Below, one piece after another: positions 54,434 to 64,000 of a stretch of 64,000 nucleotides of DNA. Under the pieces are notes generated by a model. That model was not told the origin of the DNA, did not search any database, and saw only the letters and a program-made list of their open reading frames with translations. Source of the stretch: an uncultured Pelagibacteraceae bacterium (lineage in GTDB: Bacteria > Pseudomonadota > Alphaproteobacteria > Pelagibacterales > AG-422-B15). The stretch lies in NCBI GenBank assembly GCA_902570675.1, contig CACFYZ010000003.1, forward strand, positions 10,066-74,065, in the 5' to 3' direction. Made by a program: the position numbers and the translations under genes. Every line of letters starts with the position of its first letter. Positions within the stretch are counted from its first letter, which is position 1.

Positions 54434-56080
54434 ATGGATACTAATTCTCAAAGAGAATCAATGGAGTACGATGTTGTCGTTGTAGGAGCAGGCCCTTCGG
54501 GCCTGTCAACTGCAATTAAATTAAAGCAGCTAAACTCCGAAATTAATGTTTGTATTGTTGAAAAAGCTTCGGAAGTAGGAGGGCATATTTTGAGTGGTAA
54601 TGTCTTTGAAACCAAGGCGCTAGATGAATTACTCCCTGACTGGCGAGAAATCGATGGATGCCCACTAAAAACAAAAGTAACTAAAGAAAAATTTTTATTC
54701 TTATTCGAAAAATCGCACATTACTGTTCCTTCTTTTTTATTACCTCCTGTTCAGCACAATAAAGGTAATTATATCACAAGCCTTGCAAATATGTGCAGAT
54801 GGCTAGGGCAAATTGCTGAAGGTTTAGGTGTTGAAATATACCCAGGCTTTGCAGCTTCGGAAGTTTTGTATGATGAAGAGGGTAAAGTCAGAGGAGTTGC
54901 TACGAACGATATGGGGTTAGATATTAATGGTAATAAAAAAGAATCCTATGAACCAGGTATTGAATTACATGCAAAAGTAACTGTATTTGCTGAGGGTTGC
55001 AGAGGACATCTTGGAAAACAACTAATCAATAAATTTGAATTAGCTAAGGATTCTGATCCACAACAATATGGAATAGGTTTAAAAGAAATTTGGGAAGTTC
55101 CTGAAGACAATCACGATGAAGGATTAGTATTTCATTCAGCTGGATGGCCAGTTGATAACAATACATATGCTGGCAGTTTTGTTTATCATGCCGAGAACAG
55201 ACAAATTTATTTGGGTTATGTAGTAGGGCTTGACTATAAAAATCCTTATCTTTCTCCTTTTGAAGAATTTCAAAGATTCAAAACGCATCCCTCGATCAAA
55301 AAAATGCTTCAAGGAGGTAAACGTATTTCTTATGGGGCAAGAGCATTAATTGAGGGCGGTCTTCAGAGTCTTCCAAAAATGTATATGCCCGGGGCGTTAC
55401 TTATAGGATGTGATGCAGGAACATTAAATATGCCAAAAATCAAAGGAACCCACACGGCAATGAAAAGTGGAATGATTGCTGCTGAAACAATTTTCGAGCA
55501 TTTATCAGACAAAAAAGAAGATTTATCCAATTATGAAATCAAGTTCAAAAAAAGTTGGGTCTATTCAGAGTTAAAATCAGCCAGAAATGTAAAACCATTT
55601 ATTACGAGGTTTGGTATGATGTTAGGCATTATATTGACTGGTATAGATCAACATATCTTTAGAGGAAAATTGCCTTTTACATTAAAACATAAGCATGCAG
55701 ATCATGAAACACTGAGCAAGGCAAAGGACTCAAAAAAAATTGAATATCCTAAACCAGATGGTATTTTAACTTTTGATAGGGCAAGTTCAGTCTTTATGAC
55801 TGGGACATATCATGCTGAAAATCAACCTGTTCATCTTCAGCTAAAAGATAGCAGCCTTCCGATCACCTACACTTTAGGAGAATATGATGAGCCCTCTCAA
55901 AGATATTGCCCAGTTGGGGTTTATGAAGTTCATAAAGACAGCGAGGACTCTAATCCCAAGTTTGTAATTAATAGTCAAAACTGCATTCACTGTAAGACTT
56001 GCGATATAAAAGAGCCTTCACAAAATATTAACTGGGTTACCCCTGAGGGTGGTGGAGGACCTAAATATGCTAATATGTAA
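54434..56080 (+). CDS. Electron transfer flavoprotein-ubiquinone oxidoreductase
   Basis: GAGPSGL, GHILSG, EGCRGHL, KIKGTHTAMKSG, CIHCKTCDIK Fe-S motif. Confidence 0.95.
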   Translation: MDTNSQRESMEYDVVVVGAGPSGLSTAIKLKQLNSEINVCIVEKASEVGGHILSGNVFETKALDELLPDWREIDGCPLKTKVTKEKFLFLFEKSHITVPSFLLPPVQHNKGNYITSLANMCRWLGQIAEGLGVEIYPGFAASEVLYDEEGKVRGVATNDMGLDINGNKKESYEPGIELHAKVTVFAEGCRGHLGKQLINKFELAKDSDPQQYGIGLKEIWEVPEDNHDEGLVFHSAGWPVDNNTYAGSFVYHAENRQIYLGYVVGLDYKNPYLSPFEEFQRFKTHPSIKKMLQGGKRISYGARALIEGGLQSLPKMYMPGALLIGCDAGTLNMPKIKGTHTAMKSGMIAAETIFEHLSDKKEDLSNYEIKFKKSWVYSELKSARNVKPFITRFGMMLGIILTGIDQHIFRGKLPFTLKHKHADHETLSKAKDSKKIEYPKPDGILTFDRASSVFMTGTYHAENQPVHLQLKDSSLPITYTLGEYDEPSQRYCPVGVYEVHKDSEDSNPKFVINSQNCIHCKTCDIKEPSQNINWVTPEGGGGPKYANM

Positions 56081-56092
56081 TGCATACTCTAT

Positions 56093-57751
56093 ATGCGATT
56101 TAGATTAATATCCTTATTGGCATTAATATTTCTTTTTCAAAACTTAGCATTAGCATCTCACCTATCAAGCCCTAAAGTAAGCGATTATTTACAAGCAAAG
56201 GTTTCAGACAGTATAAATGATTACAAATCAACCATAAAATTCTATCAAAAATTACATAAACATAATCCACGCGATACAGTTATAATAAATAAATTATTAA
56301 TGGCGAGTATTCTTGATGGAGACTTACTGAATGCGAATGCCTATGCTTTTAGACTAGCAAACGTTAGCTGTTCACCATCAATTACGACGAGTTGTGTAAA
56401 AATACAATCCGACATTAGTCATTTAGTTAACGGTATATCATATTTGAATTCATATAAATACGATCTGGCTGACCAAAGTTTTTCAAATATTTTAAATGGC
56501 CAATTTTCAAGCAAGACATTTGTTGCTTTGTTAAAGGCATGGGTATGGGTAAATAAGAATAATCTTGAGAGAAGTATGGGAGAGATAGATACAATTGGGG
56601 CTAATGAAGATTTATATTTAGCTCTTGTTCATAAAGCACTTATTTATGATTATGTTGATCAGATTGACGTCGCTTTAATTTACTATGAGCAAGCAATGGA
56701 AATGCAAAGAGATTTGTATGTGCTAAATATGTATTACAATTTTTTAAAACGAAATAATTTTTCAAATCGAATAAATAGCTTTCAAGATAACTATCTCAAA
56801 AATTACGATACAGATTTTCAAAAAAAATTTTTAAATGGAAATAGAAATAGAATCTTACAGAACCCTTTACATGGTTTGGGAGTAGTTCTCTTTAACGCAC
56901 AGGGTATTCTAGATTTAACAAATTTTGATTTGACTCATGTACTCTATCAACTTTCAATAGAGACATCCCCAAATTTACATGAGATCAAGTATGTATTTTC
57001 GTCATTTTTGAATCAGCTACAAGAACATAAAAAAGCGAGACAAATACTTAAGCAAATTCCCAAAACTCATTATTTGTCAAATTATGCGACCATTCAAATT
57101 TCAGATTCCTATGGTTACCAAGATGACAATGCGTCTGCAATTTCAAATTTAATAAATCACTCGCAAAATGAAAGTAACTTCGAAATCTCTCTCTCACTTG
57201 GTAATTATTATCGTTACGAAAAAGAATGGGAAAAAGCTCTTTCAGCTTATAATAATGCTCTCATTATCGGAGAAGAATTTAATAAGAAAGATCTGTGGGA
57301 AATATATTTTAATATTGGCATAGTATACGAAAGATCAGATAATTGGGATTTAGCTGAGGTCAATTTTATTAAAGCGCTCGATATGTCATCTGAACAAGCT
57401 GACGTTTTGAACTATCTCGCTTATTCTTATATTGATGAGGGAATAAATCTGGCTGAATCAAAAAATATGATAGAAAAAGCTCTAATGTTAAAACCTAATG
57501 ATCCCTATATAGTAGATAGTCTTGCATGGTATTACTATAAGATTGGTGCATATGAAGAAGCTTTATCGATTTTAGAATTTTCGATGGAAACGATGCCTTA
57601 CGATAGCACTGTTAACGATCATTACGGCGATATACTTTGGAAATTAGGAAAAGAAATAGAAGCAAGATACTATTGGAAAAAAGCAATAAATCTTGATAAA
57701 GAAAATATCTACTCAGATAATATAAGATCAAAACTTCTAATAGGAATTTAG
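56093..57751 (+). CDS. Tetratricopeptide repeat protein (exported)
   Basis: Signal peptide; VLNYLAYS, YIVDSLAW, DHYGD.LW..G...EA...W; usual position upstream of ispE. Confidence 0.85.
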   Translation: MRFRLISLLALIFLFQNLALASHLSSPKVSDYLQAKVSDSINDYKSTIKFYQKLHKHNPRDTVIINKLLMASILDGDLLNANAYAFRLANVSCSPSITTSCVKIQSDISHLVNGISYLNSYKYDLADQSFSNILNGQFSSKTFVALLKAWVWVNKNNLERSMGEIDTIGANEDLYLALVHKALIYDYVDQIDVALIYYEQAMEMQRDLYVLNMYYNFLKRNNFSNRINSFQDNYLKNYDTDFQKKFLNGNRNRILQNPLHGLGVVLFNAQGILDLTNFDLTHVLYQLSIETSPNLHEIKYVFSSFLNQLQEHKKARQILKQIPKTHYLSNYATIQISDSYGYQDDNASAISNLINHSQNESNFEISLSLGNYYRYEKEWEKALSAYNNALIIGEEFNKKDLWEIYFNIGIVYERSDNWDLAEVNFIKALDMSSEQADVLNYLAYSYIDEGINLAESKNMIEKALMLKPNDPYIVDSLAWYYYKIGAYEEALSILEFSMETMPYDSTVNDHYGDILWKLGKEIEARYYWKKAINLDKENIYSDNIRSKLLIGI

Positions 57752-57756
57752 AAGAA

Positions 57757-58590
57757 TTGACAGCACAAATAAAATCTTACGCAAAAATTAATCTTTTTTT
57801 GCATATCATTGATCGCCTTGAAAACGGATATCACGATCTTGATACAATCATATCTAGAATAAATTTATATGATGAAATTAAAATTCAGGACGGTAATAAT
57901 TTTAGTGTTAGATACGAGGGCAAATTCAGTCCAATGATAAATGTAAATGATAATGTTACGTTACTGTTCAATTATTTAATTGAGAAAGAACTTATTAAAA
58001 ATAAAAATTATAATATTACTGTCATAAAAAATATACCTGTTGGTTCAGGACTTGGAGGAGGTTCCTCAAATATTGCTGCAATTCTTAATTATTTAAAAAA
58101 AACAAACATACTTTGTGATAGTCAATGTATTCATGTCGCAAGAGCACTAGGTTCTGATATAGAATTCTTTTTAGAGGATGAACCAGCAAAAATTCATGGA
58201 AGAGGCATTGTTGAAACAAGGATTAAGATTTTGTCAGATATGTATTTTCTAATAGTTTATCCAAATATACTTCTAAGCACTAAAAAAATATTCTCAAAGA
58301 ATAAAAATTATAGGGCACAAAAGTTCGATTATAATGAACAGATGACACTCAAGAATATTCTATTATATACAGCTAATGACTTGGAAGACTCAGCTTTATC
58401 TGATCAGACAGAAATTCAATCTGTAAAAAACTTTTTTCAAAATGATCAAAACTGTCAATTTTCGAGAATGACTGGAAGTGGCTCAGCTTTTTTTGGATGT
58501 TATCAGAGTAGAAGAGACTTAGAAGAAGCAATTTCTATATTGAATAATGAACAGCCTAGCTGGTGGGCTTATAAAGTTGAATTAATATAA
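57757..58590 (+). CDS. ispE: 4-diphosphocytidyl-2-C-methyl-D-erythritol kinase
   Basis: AKINL.L, GYH, KNIPVGSGLGGGSS, LGSD, MTGSGS. Confidence 0.92.
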   Translation: MTAQIKSYAKINLFLHIIDRLENGYHDLDTIISRINLYDEIKIQDGNNFSVRYEGKFSPMINVNDNVTLLFNYLIEKELIKNKNYNITVIKNIPVGSGLGGGSSNIAAILNYLKKTNILCDSQCIHVARALGSDIEFFLEDEPAKIHGRGIVETRIKILSDMYFLIVYPNILLSTKKIFSKNKNYRAQKFDYNEQMTLKNILLYTANDLEDSALSDQTEIQSVKNFFQNDQNCQFSRMTGSGSAFFGCYQSRRDLEEAISILNNEQPSWWAYKVELI

Positions 58591-58633
58591 ACATTGCAAT
58601 ATTTATTTGTTAAACTAAATAATTAATTGGTAT

Positions 58634-58708
58634 TGGGGCGTGGCCAAGCGGTAAGGCACCGCTTTTTGGTAGCGGCATTCGGAGGTTCGAATCCTCCCGC
58701 CCCAGCCA
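58634..58708 (+). tRNA. tRNA-Gln (anticodon UUG)
   Basis: TGGGGCG/CGCCCCA acceptor, anticodon arm CCGCT-TTTTGGT-AGCGG, GTTCGAATC, CCA. Confidence 0.94.
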
Positions 58709-58725
58709 CTTTTAGAGGTAAAATT

Positions 58726-59277
58726 ATGAGTAACTTTTTGAACAAATATAAATCTGTTTATGATGTGTTTTTGGATAACTGGGCTTATCAAAATCATTTT
58801 GTATCATACCTAGAGTCGTTGATGAGACAAGAAACGATATTGCCGACGCATGTTAAAGAAATGATCTTTGCTTATATTTCAGGTTTAAATGGATGTAATT
58901 ACTGTAAAAATATTCATGCAGAAATATCAAAAAAAATTTTGAGAGATAATAATAACACAAATTTTTTAAACGATATTGAGCAATCTGAAATAGAAGAAAA
59001 GTACAAGCCAATACTCAAATTATCTCATAAAGTTAATGAAGATATTCATTCAATATCTGAGGACGATGTAGAAGCAATTTTACAATATGGGTTCGAAGAG
59101 AAAGTCATATCTGAAATAATTTCTATTTGTTCTGCAGCTCAATTTATGAATACAGTAGTCGTTGCGCATCAAATTAAACCTCTTGATCAAGTCCAAAACA
59201 TTGCATCAGCAAAAATGATGATTGATAAGGGATATGATGGCCTAGCAAACTTTATGTTAAAAAGGCGTAATAAATAA
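58726..59277 (+). CDS. Carboxymuconolactone decarboxylase / AhpD-like peroxidase family protein
   Basis: KEMIFAYISGLNGCNYCKNIH (CxxC..H); start moved to ATG 58726 after an AGAGG RBS, excluding tRNA-Gln. Confidence 0.8.
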   Translation: MSNFLNKYKSVYDVFLDNWAYQNHFVSYLESLMRQETILPTHVKEMIFAYISGLNGCNYCKNIHAEISKKILRDNNNTNFLNDIEQSEIEEKYKPILKLSHKVNEDIHSISEDDVEAILQYGFEEKVISEIISICSAAQFMNTVVVAHQIKPLDQVQNIASAKMMIDKGYDGLANFMLKRRNK

Positions 59278-59652
59278 TTAGATAAGCTTAAGCAGACTTA
59301 CGCCAATGTAAAAAGCAACAACTGTCAGTACAAATGTTGTTGCAACGTAAATAAGTGAAGATAGAATCTCACCACTACTAAATAATTGATAGAATTCTAT
59401 ATTGAATGAAGAGAACGTAGTAAAGCCTCCACAAAATCCAACAATTAAGAACATTTTTACATTTTCTGAAACGTCAAGTCTCTCAGCTAAATAACTTGAT
59501 AAAAGTCCAATTAAAAAAGCACCAATGACATTTACGGCAATTGTTCCAAAAGGAAATGCAACTAAGAAAAGTTTATTAACTTGTTCAATTACGAGATAAC
59601 GAATAATGGCTCCAAGTCCCCCACCTAAGAAAACTGAAATTAAAATACTCAC
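59278..59652 (-). CDS. crcB: Fluoride efflux channel FluC/CrcB
   Basis: GGGLGA..RY, FPFGT..VN..G, GFCGGFTTFSSF. Confidence 0.93.
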   Translation of the reverse strand: MSILISVFLGGGLGAIIRYLVIEQVNKLFLVAFPFGTIAVNVIGAFLIGLLSSYLAERLDVSENVKMFLIVGFCGGFTTFSSFNIEFYQLFSSGEILSSLIYVATTFVLTVVAFYIGVSLLKLI

Positions 59653-60497
59653 CGGCTCAATCCTACTAAATGAGCAACTAATCCATAGTGATCGCTTGGA
59701 AAAAACTTATTTTTTTGATTACCGATTATTTTGCAATCAATGGGATAACCTAATCCATTTGGTCCAGATTTTCCAAGAAACACATAGTCAATTCGCCTGT
59801 CCTGTTCCAAAGTTTTCTTTGCCCAATTGTTTTCGTTAGACCAAGTGTATCCGGGGTCGTCTCTATTTACTAATTTCCAGGCATCTCTAAGCACAATATC
59901 ATCTATAGGTTTGGTAAGACCAGTTATTGTTCTGATTTCATCACTTTCAGGATCCGCATTAAAATCCCCGCACAAAATAATTGGAAATTTAGATGGTTTC
60001 AGTTGGCTCATATATTCCATAATTTGTTTTACCTGTCTCATTCGCTCTGGTTGGTGTTCATATTTATAATTAAGGTGGGTACAAAAAACATTTATATTTA
60101 TCTTATTTTTATATTCTAATTCTAGATGAAGTAGAAATCTCTTTTCATCTTTATCTGGAGTTGTGTTAAAAGTGATTTTTTTATAGGAACTAATTGGAAA
60201 CTTTGTAATTATCGCATTTCCAAATGATACGCCATCAAATTCAAAAGATTTTTTAAATATATAATTGTAATCAAGCTTATCAGCAATCATTCTAGCTTGG
60301 CTTTCATCTTCTTCCTCCCATACTTCTTGTAAGCATAAGATATCAGGATGATTATTTTCAATTTCAGATAAAATTAATTTTTCTCTAAACTTATAATCTT
60401 CAAACTTCCACCAGAGATTCCATGTAAGTACTTTAATGATTTCTGTGTCTTGACTGATTGTATAAGCATCAGGATCCGGAAATGATTTATCACTCAT
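59649..60497 (-). CDS. Endonuclease/exonuclease/phosphatase family protein
   Basis: TWNL, LCLQEV, THL, CGDFNA, RIDYVF, PSDHYG. Confidence 0.9.
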   Translation of the reverse strand: MSDKSFPDPDAYTISQDTEIIKVLTWNLWWKFEDYKFREKLILSEIENNHPDILCLQEVWEEEDESQARMIADKLDYNYIFKKSFEFDGVSFGNAIITKFPISSYKKITFNTTPDKDEKRFLLHLELEYKNKININVFCTHLNYKYEHQPERMRQVKQIMEYMSQLKPSKFPIILCGDFNADPESDEIRTITGLTKPIDDIVLRDAWKLVNRDDPGYTWSNENNWAKKTLEQDRRIDYVFLGKSGPNGLGYPIDCKIIGNQKNKFFPSDHYGLVAHLVGLSR

Positions 60498-60499
60498 TC

Positions 60500-60955
60500 T
60501 TATGGAAAAGCGACCATAATTGTCTCGGCTATGTAAGCAGGTTTGTCTTGTCCTTCAATCTCAAGGGTCGCTTCACTGATTACTTGTGTACCTCCATTCT
60601 CTAATTTATTCACTTCTTTAATCTTGACTGACATTCGCACACGTGAGTCCACTGGTACCATATTAATAAATCTTACTTTGTTGAGACCATAATTAATTAC
60701 CATTTTGGTGCCAGTAATAGTCCAAATTTTTCCTGCAAGTGGCACACTTAGAGAAAGACTTAAAAAGCCATGGGCAATAGTACTTTTAGTCGGAAGTTCA
60801 TTTTGAGCTTTTTCCTCATTTACATGAATCCATTGGTGATCGTCAGTTGCATCAGCAAACGTATTTATTCTTTGTTGATCAATAGCCATCCAATCAGAAT
60901 AACCCATATCTTTACCTTGATAATTTCCTAAATCCTTTACATCTACACTCTGCAT
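60500..60955 (-). CDS. MaoC family dehydratase
   Basis: FADATDDHQWIHV, TIAHGFLSLS, NYGLNKVRF. Confidence 0.9.
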   Translation of the reverse strand: MQSVDVKDLGNYQGKDMGYSDWMAIDQQRINTFADATDDHQWIHVNEEKAQNELPTKSTIAHGFLSLSLSVPLAGKIWTITGTKMVINYGLNKVRFINMVPVDSRVRMSVKIKEVNKLENGGTQVISEATLEIEGQDKPAYIAETIMVAFP

Positions 60956-61025
60956 AGTATACCTCCAAAATAATTAATAATGCTCAAAGATATTATCTAA
61001 TAAAAGAGAATATTGAAGTTTAATC

Positions 61026-61508
61026 ATGAAAAATATTCGACAAGCAACTGAAGCAGATACAATAAATAAATTAAATCTACTGAATGTGGTTTTTGGTCCG
61101 GGAAGGTATGCACGGTCGGTATACCGGTTACGTGAAAAGCAACCATATGAGAAAAGTTACTCATATGTATCATTGAATTGTGATGAACTTGCTGCATGTA
61201 TTGATTTTTGCCCTACAAAACTTAATAGACAATATAATGGCTTACTTTTAGGTCCATTAGCGGTTGATCCCAAACTTAAAGGTCTTGGCTACGGAGTAAA
61301 TTTAGTGGAATATTCACTCAAAAAAATTGAATTAAATTCTAATTACTCATTTATAATTGTTGTCGGAGATATAGATTATTACAAGAAGTTTGGTTTTAAT
61401 AAAATAGGTGAAAAATTTGAGTTTTATGGCCCTGTTGATATAAATCGCGTTTTAATAAAAAAATTGAAGGCCGAATTAAACTCAATAGAGAAATATAAAT
61501 TTTCGTAA
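61026..61508 (+). CDS. GNAT family N-acetyltransferase
   Basis: FGPGR..R..YRLRE, LLGPLAVDP...G.GYG, VGD..YY.KFGF. Confidence 0.85.
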   Translation: MKNIRQATEADTINKLNLLNVVFGPGRYARSVYRLREKQPYEKSYSYVSLNCDELAACIDFCPTKLNRQYNGLLLGPLAVDPKLKGLGYGVNLVEYSLKKIELNSNYSFIIVVGDIDYYKKFGFNKIGEKFEFYGPVDINRVLIKKLKAELNSIEKYKFS

Positions 61509-61511
61509 ATT

Positions 61512-62090
61512 ATGACTGATCAACCTGTAAACTTAAAAGGATTAGAGACAATCTATAGTTATAGTAAAAAAAACAATAAATCATACCCCCCAGTAGAAAA
61601 ATGGAATCCTCCATTTTGTGGAGATATTGATATGAAGATCCTTAGAAATGGGAAATGGTTTTATATGGGGTCAGAGATTAAGCGACCAGCAATGGTAAAA
61701 CTTTTCTCAAGTATTCTTCGGCTTGATGAAGATGGAGACTATTACCTTGTAACACCAGTTGAAAAGGTCAGAATTCAAGTAGAGGATGCACCATTTGTTG
61801 CTGTCTCTCTTAAAAAGATTGACGAAAGTGGACAAAACAGTTTCTTATTCAAAACAAATCTAAATGAAGAAGTTGTATTATCAAAAAAAAATTCACTAAT
61901 TATTAAAATTAATAATAATGAAGAACCATCACCTTATATTGTTGTTCGAAAAAACCTTCGCGCGCTTTTATCACGATCAGTCTTTTATGAATTAGTAGAT
62001 CTTGCAAAAGAAGAGGTTATTAAAAACAAAACTTACTTAGTGATAAAAAGCATGGGTGAAACTTTCAAGATTCACGAAGTCAAGAAATAA
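61512..62090 (+). CDS. DUF1285 domain protein
   Basis: PPVEKWNP.FCGDIDM.I..NG.W.Y.GS.I.R...V.LFS, LVTPVEKV.I.VEDAPF. Confidence 0.85.
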   Translation: MTDQPVNLKGLETIYSYSKKNNKSYPPVEKWNPPFCGDIDMKILRNGKWFYMGSEIKRPAMVKLFSSILRLDEDGDYYLVTPVEKVRIQVEDAPFVAVSLKKIDESGQNSFLFKTNLNEEVVLSKKNSLIIKINNNEEPSPYIVVRKNLRALLSRSVFYELVDLAKEEVIKNKTYLVIKSMGETFKIHEVKK

Positions 62091-62728
62091 TGACTAATTT
62101 CGATAGGCTAATTGAATTATTTGCAGGCTCAGATCAAATATCCCATAATTATTTTGATAAACTAACAACTGATTTATTTACTAGAAAGCATCATCCCTTA
62201 GCTAAAGAATATAAAGATAAAGTTAATTTAAGAGCATCTGCAGTTTTGGTGCCAATTTGTAATTTTGATGACGAGATTAAAATTATACTTACCAAGCGAC
62301 CTGATAAACTGAAGGATCATGCTGGACAAATTAGTTTCCCAGGCGGTAAAATTGAAAAAATGGATTCATCTCCCATTGATACAGCACTGAGAGAGGCCAA
62401 AGAAGAAATTGGTTTGCATTCAAAAAATGTTCGAGTTATTGGAAATCTCGATGTATACATAACTGGTACAGGATATAGAATAATGCCAATTGTGTGTTTA
62501 GTTTCTGATTACTCTTCTCTCAAAATCAACAAAAACGAAGTAGATGAAGTATTTTTCCTTCCTTTGAAATTTTTGATGGATAGTAGAAATCATAAAGTGG
62601 AAATTGCAACTTATGAAGTTGATAATAAAAAATATGATTATGATTATTACGTATTACCATACAAAGATTACCATATTTGGGGTGCAACAGCTGGCATGCT
62701 TATTAATCTTTATCAAATTTTAAAATAA
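62090..62728 (+). CDS. Nudix CoA pyrophosphatase
   Basis: LTKR...L..HAGQISFPGG, ALREAKEEIG, IWGATAGML. Confidence 0.9.
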   Translation: MTNFDRLIELFAGSDQISHNYFDKLTTDLFTRKHHPLAKEYKDKVNLRASAVLVPICNFDDEIKIILTKRPDKLKDHAGQISFPGGKIEKMDSSPIDTALREAKEEIGLHSKNVRVIGNLDVYITGTGYRIMPIVCLVSDYSSLKINKNEVDEVFFLPLKFLMDSRNHKVEIATYEVDNKKYDYDYYVLPYKDYHIWGATAGMLINLYQILK

Positions 62729-62745
62729 TATAAATAAGCTAGATA

Positions 62746-63978
62746 ATGAAAAATTTTTCATCAATATTAGAAGTTAATGAAGTTACAAAATTATTTAAGA
62801 TCTTTAATGATCATCAAAAAAATTGCATTTTTGTAGTTGGTGGTTGCATTAGAGATATATTTTTAGAAAAAAAAATAACTGATATTGATTTCGCAACATC
62901 TTTAGAGCCAGATAAAATAATAGAACTTCTTGATAGCAATAATATTAGTTTTATTGATATCGGTATTGATTTTGGAACTGTCACAGCAATCATAAATGAT
63001 AAAAAATTTGAGATTACAACGTTTAGAAAAGACACTGAAGCCGATGGGCGTCACACCAAAGTGTTATACTCAAAAAGTATTGATGAGGATGTATTAAGAA
63101 GGGATTTTACTATTAATGCAATGTACTTAGGTGGTAATGGTGACCTATTTGATCCTTTGGAAGGTCAAAAAGATATTGAAGGCAGAAATGTTCGCTTTAT
63201 TGGTAATCCTGATAAAAGGATTAAAGAAGATTACTTGAGAATATTGAGATACTTTCGATTTTTAGCGTTATTGAATGTGTCGGAACCAGATGAGGCCATT
63301 ATTGAAATCATTAAATCTAATATAGATGGCCTTTCTATTGTTTCCAAAGAAAGGCAGTGGGACGAATTAAGAGCTATTCTAAATCTACCTAATCCCAGCA
63401 TCGCAATATCGTTAATGAGTAAAATTGGGCTCATGGATAAGTATTTTAATCGCACAAATATAAATGATGCTTTTAGTAATTTGTTAGAAATAGAAAGTCG
63501 TATAGGTGTTAACCCAAATCCAATATTGAGGTTGAGTCTGTTAGCAAACAATTCCTTAGTAAATGCAAATGATCTTATTAAAGATCTACCTCTATCAAAA
63601 TCGGACTCAGTTGGATTATTAAAATTGTGCAATATTAATAAAAAAGTTGTGTCTTACATTTCAATGAAAGAAGTAAGATATTTACTATATTCATTAGGAC
63701 GAGATGAATTTCAAAAACAAATATTGATTAAGTGGGCTGTTGATACCAAAAATAAAAACGAAGTACACTGGCGGTCGCTTTACGAAGTTTCTCAAAGTTG
63801 GACAAAACCGACTTTTGATATTTCGGCCAGGGATGTAACTAATATGGGTATTTCCCAGGGCCCGATAGTCGGTGAAATTTTAAAAGATGTTGAAGACTGG
63901 TGGGCTGAAAATGATTTTATCAATGATAAGTTTTCCTTGATTGAGAGATTAAAAGCTATTGTTCAATCAAAAAAATAG
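62746..63978 (+). CDS. cca: CCA tRNA nucleotidyltransferase / poly(A) polymerase family
   Basis: VGGCIRD, DIDFAT, EITTFR.D, RRDFTINA, EDYLRILRYFRF. Confidence 0.88.
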   Translation: MKNFSSILEVNEVTKLFKIFNDHQKNCIFVVGGCIRDIFLEKKITDIDFATSLEPDKIIELLDSNNISFIDIGIDFGTVTAIINDKKFEITTFRKDTEADGRHTKVLYSKSIDEDVLRRDFTINAMYLGGNGDLFDPLEGQKDIEGRNVRFIGNPDKRIKEDYLRILRYFRFLALLNVSEPDEAIIEIIKSNIDGLSIVSKERQWDELRAILNLPNPSIAISLMSKIGLMDKYFNRTNINDAFSNLLEIESRIGVNPNPILRLSLLANNSLVNANDLIKDLPLSKSDSVGLLKLCNINKKVVSYISMKEVRYLLYSLGRDEFQKQILIKWAVDTKNKNEVHWRSLYEVSQSWTKPTFDISARDVTNMGISQGPIVGEILKDVEDWWAENDFINDKFSLIERLKAIVQSKK

Positions 63979-64000
63979 AATGGCTATTTATATATAATTC

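Noticed and set aside
58615-58797. 60-aa minus-strand ORF and the extended N-terminus of 58627..59277
   Set aside because: Both are translations of tRNA-Gln.
59640-59720. Fluoride riboswitch upstream of crcB
   Set aside because: crcB overlaps the upstream CDS and no riboswitch consensus is visible.

Overview
AT-rich (roughly 30% GC by eye), very gene-dense chromosomal segment from a streamlined marine alphaproteobacterium (Pelagibacterales/HIMB59-like; inferred from gene order, ccrM, the cox and F0 operons and composition). It is mostly core housekeeping DNA: nadABC, aroC, ispA/ispB/ispE, pyrC, mnmA, the aa3 oxidase operon, thrC/thrB, F0 ATP synthase, smc, mutY, ccrM, rnhA/rnhB, ETF-QO, cca and four tRNAs (Arg-UCG, Leu-GAG, Met-CAU, Gln-UUG). 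I found no integrase, transposase, prophage or CRISPR array. The best candidate for an undescribed system is the operon at 1-3725: aldehyde dehydrogenase, acetoacetate-CoA ligase, a TmpA/BBOX-like 2OG dioxygenase and an HD-type oxygenase that lacks the PhnZ/TmpB phosphonate motifs. Other oddities are an apparently hinge-less 863-aa SMC, an alpha2-type GlyRS in the glyQ/glyS slot, a CcrM with a substituted specificity loop, tRNA-Arg(UCG), a Wzc with a (GY)12 tail, dxs and ispH absent from their usual loci, and two small genes missed by the ORF track. All family calls come from motif recognition and memory; no database search was run.
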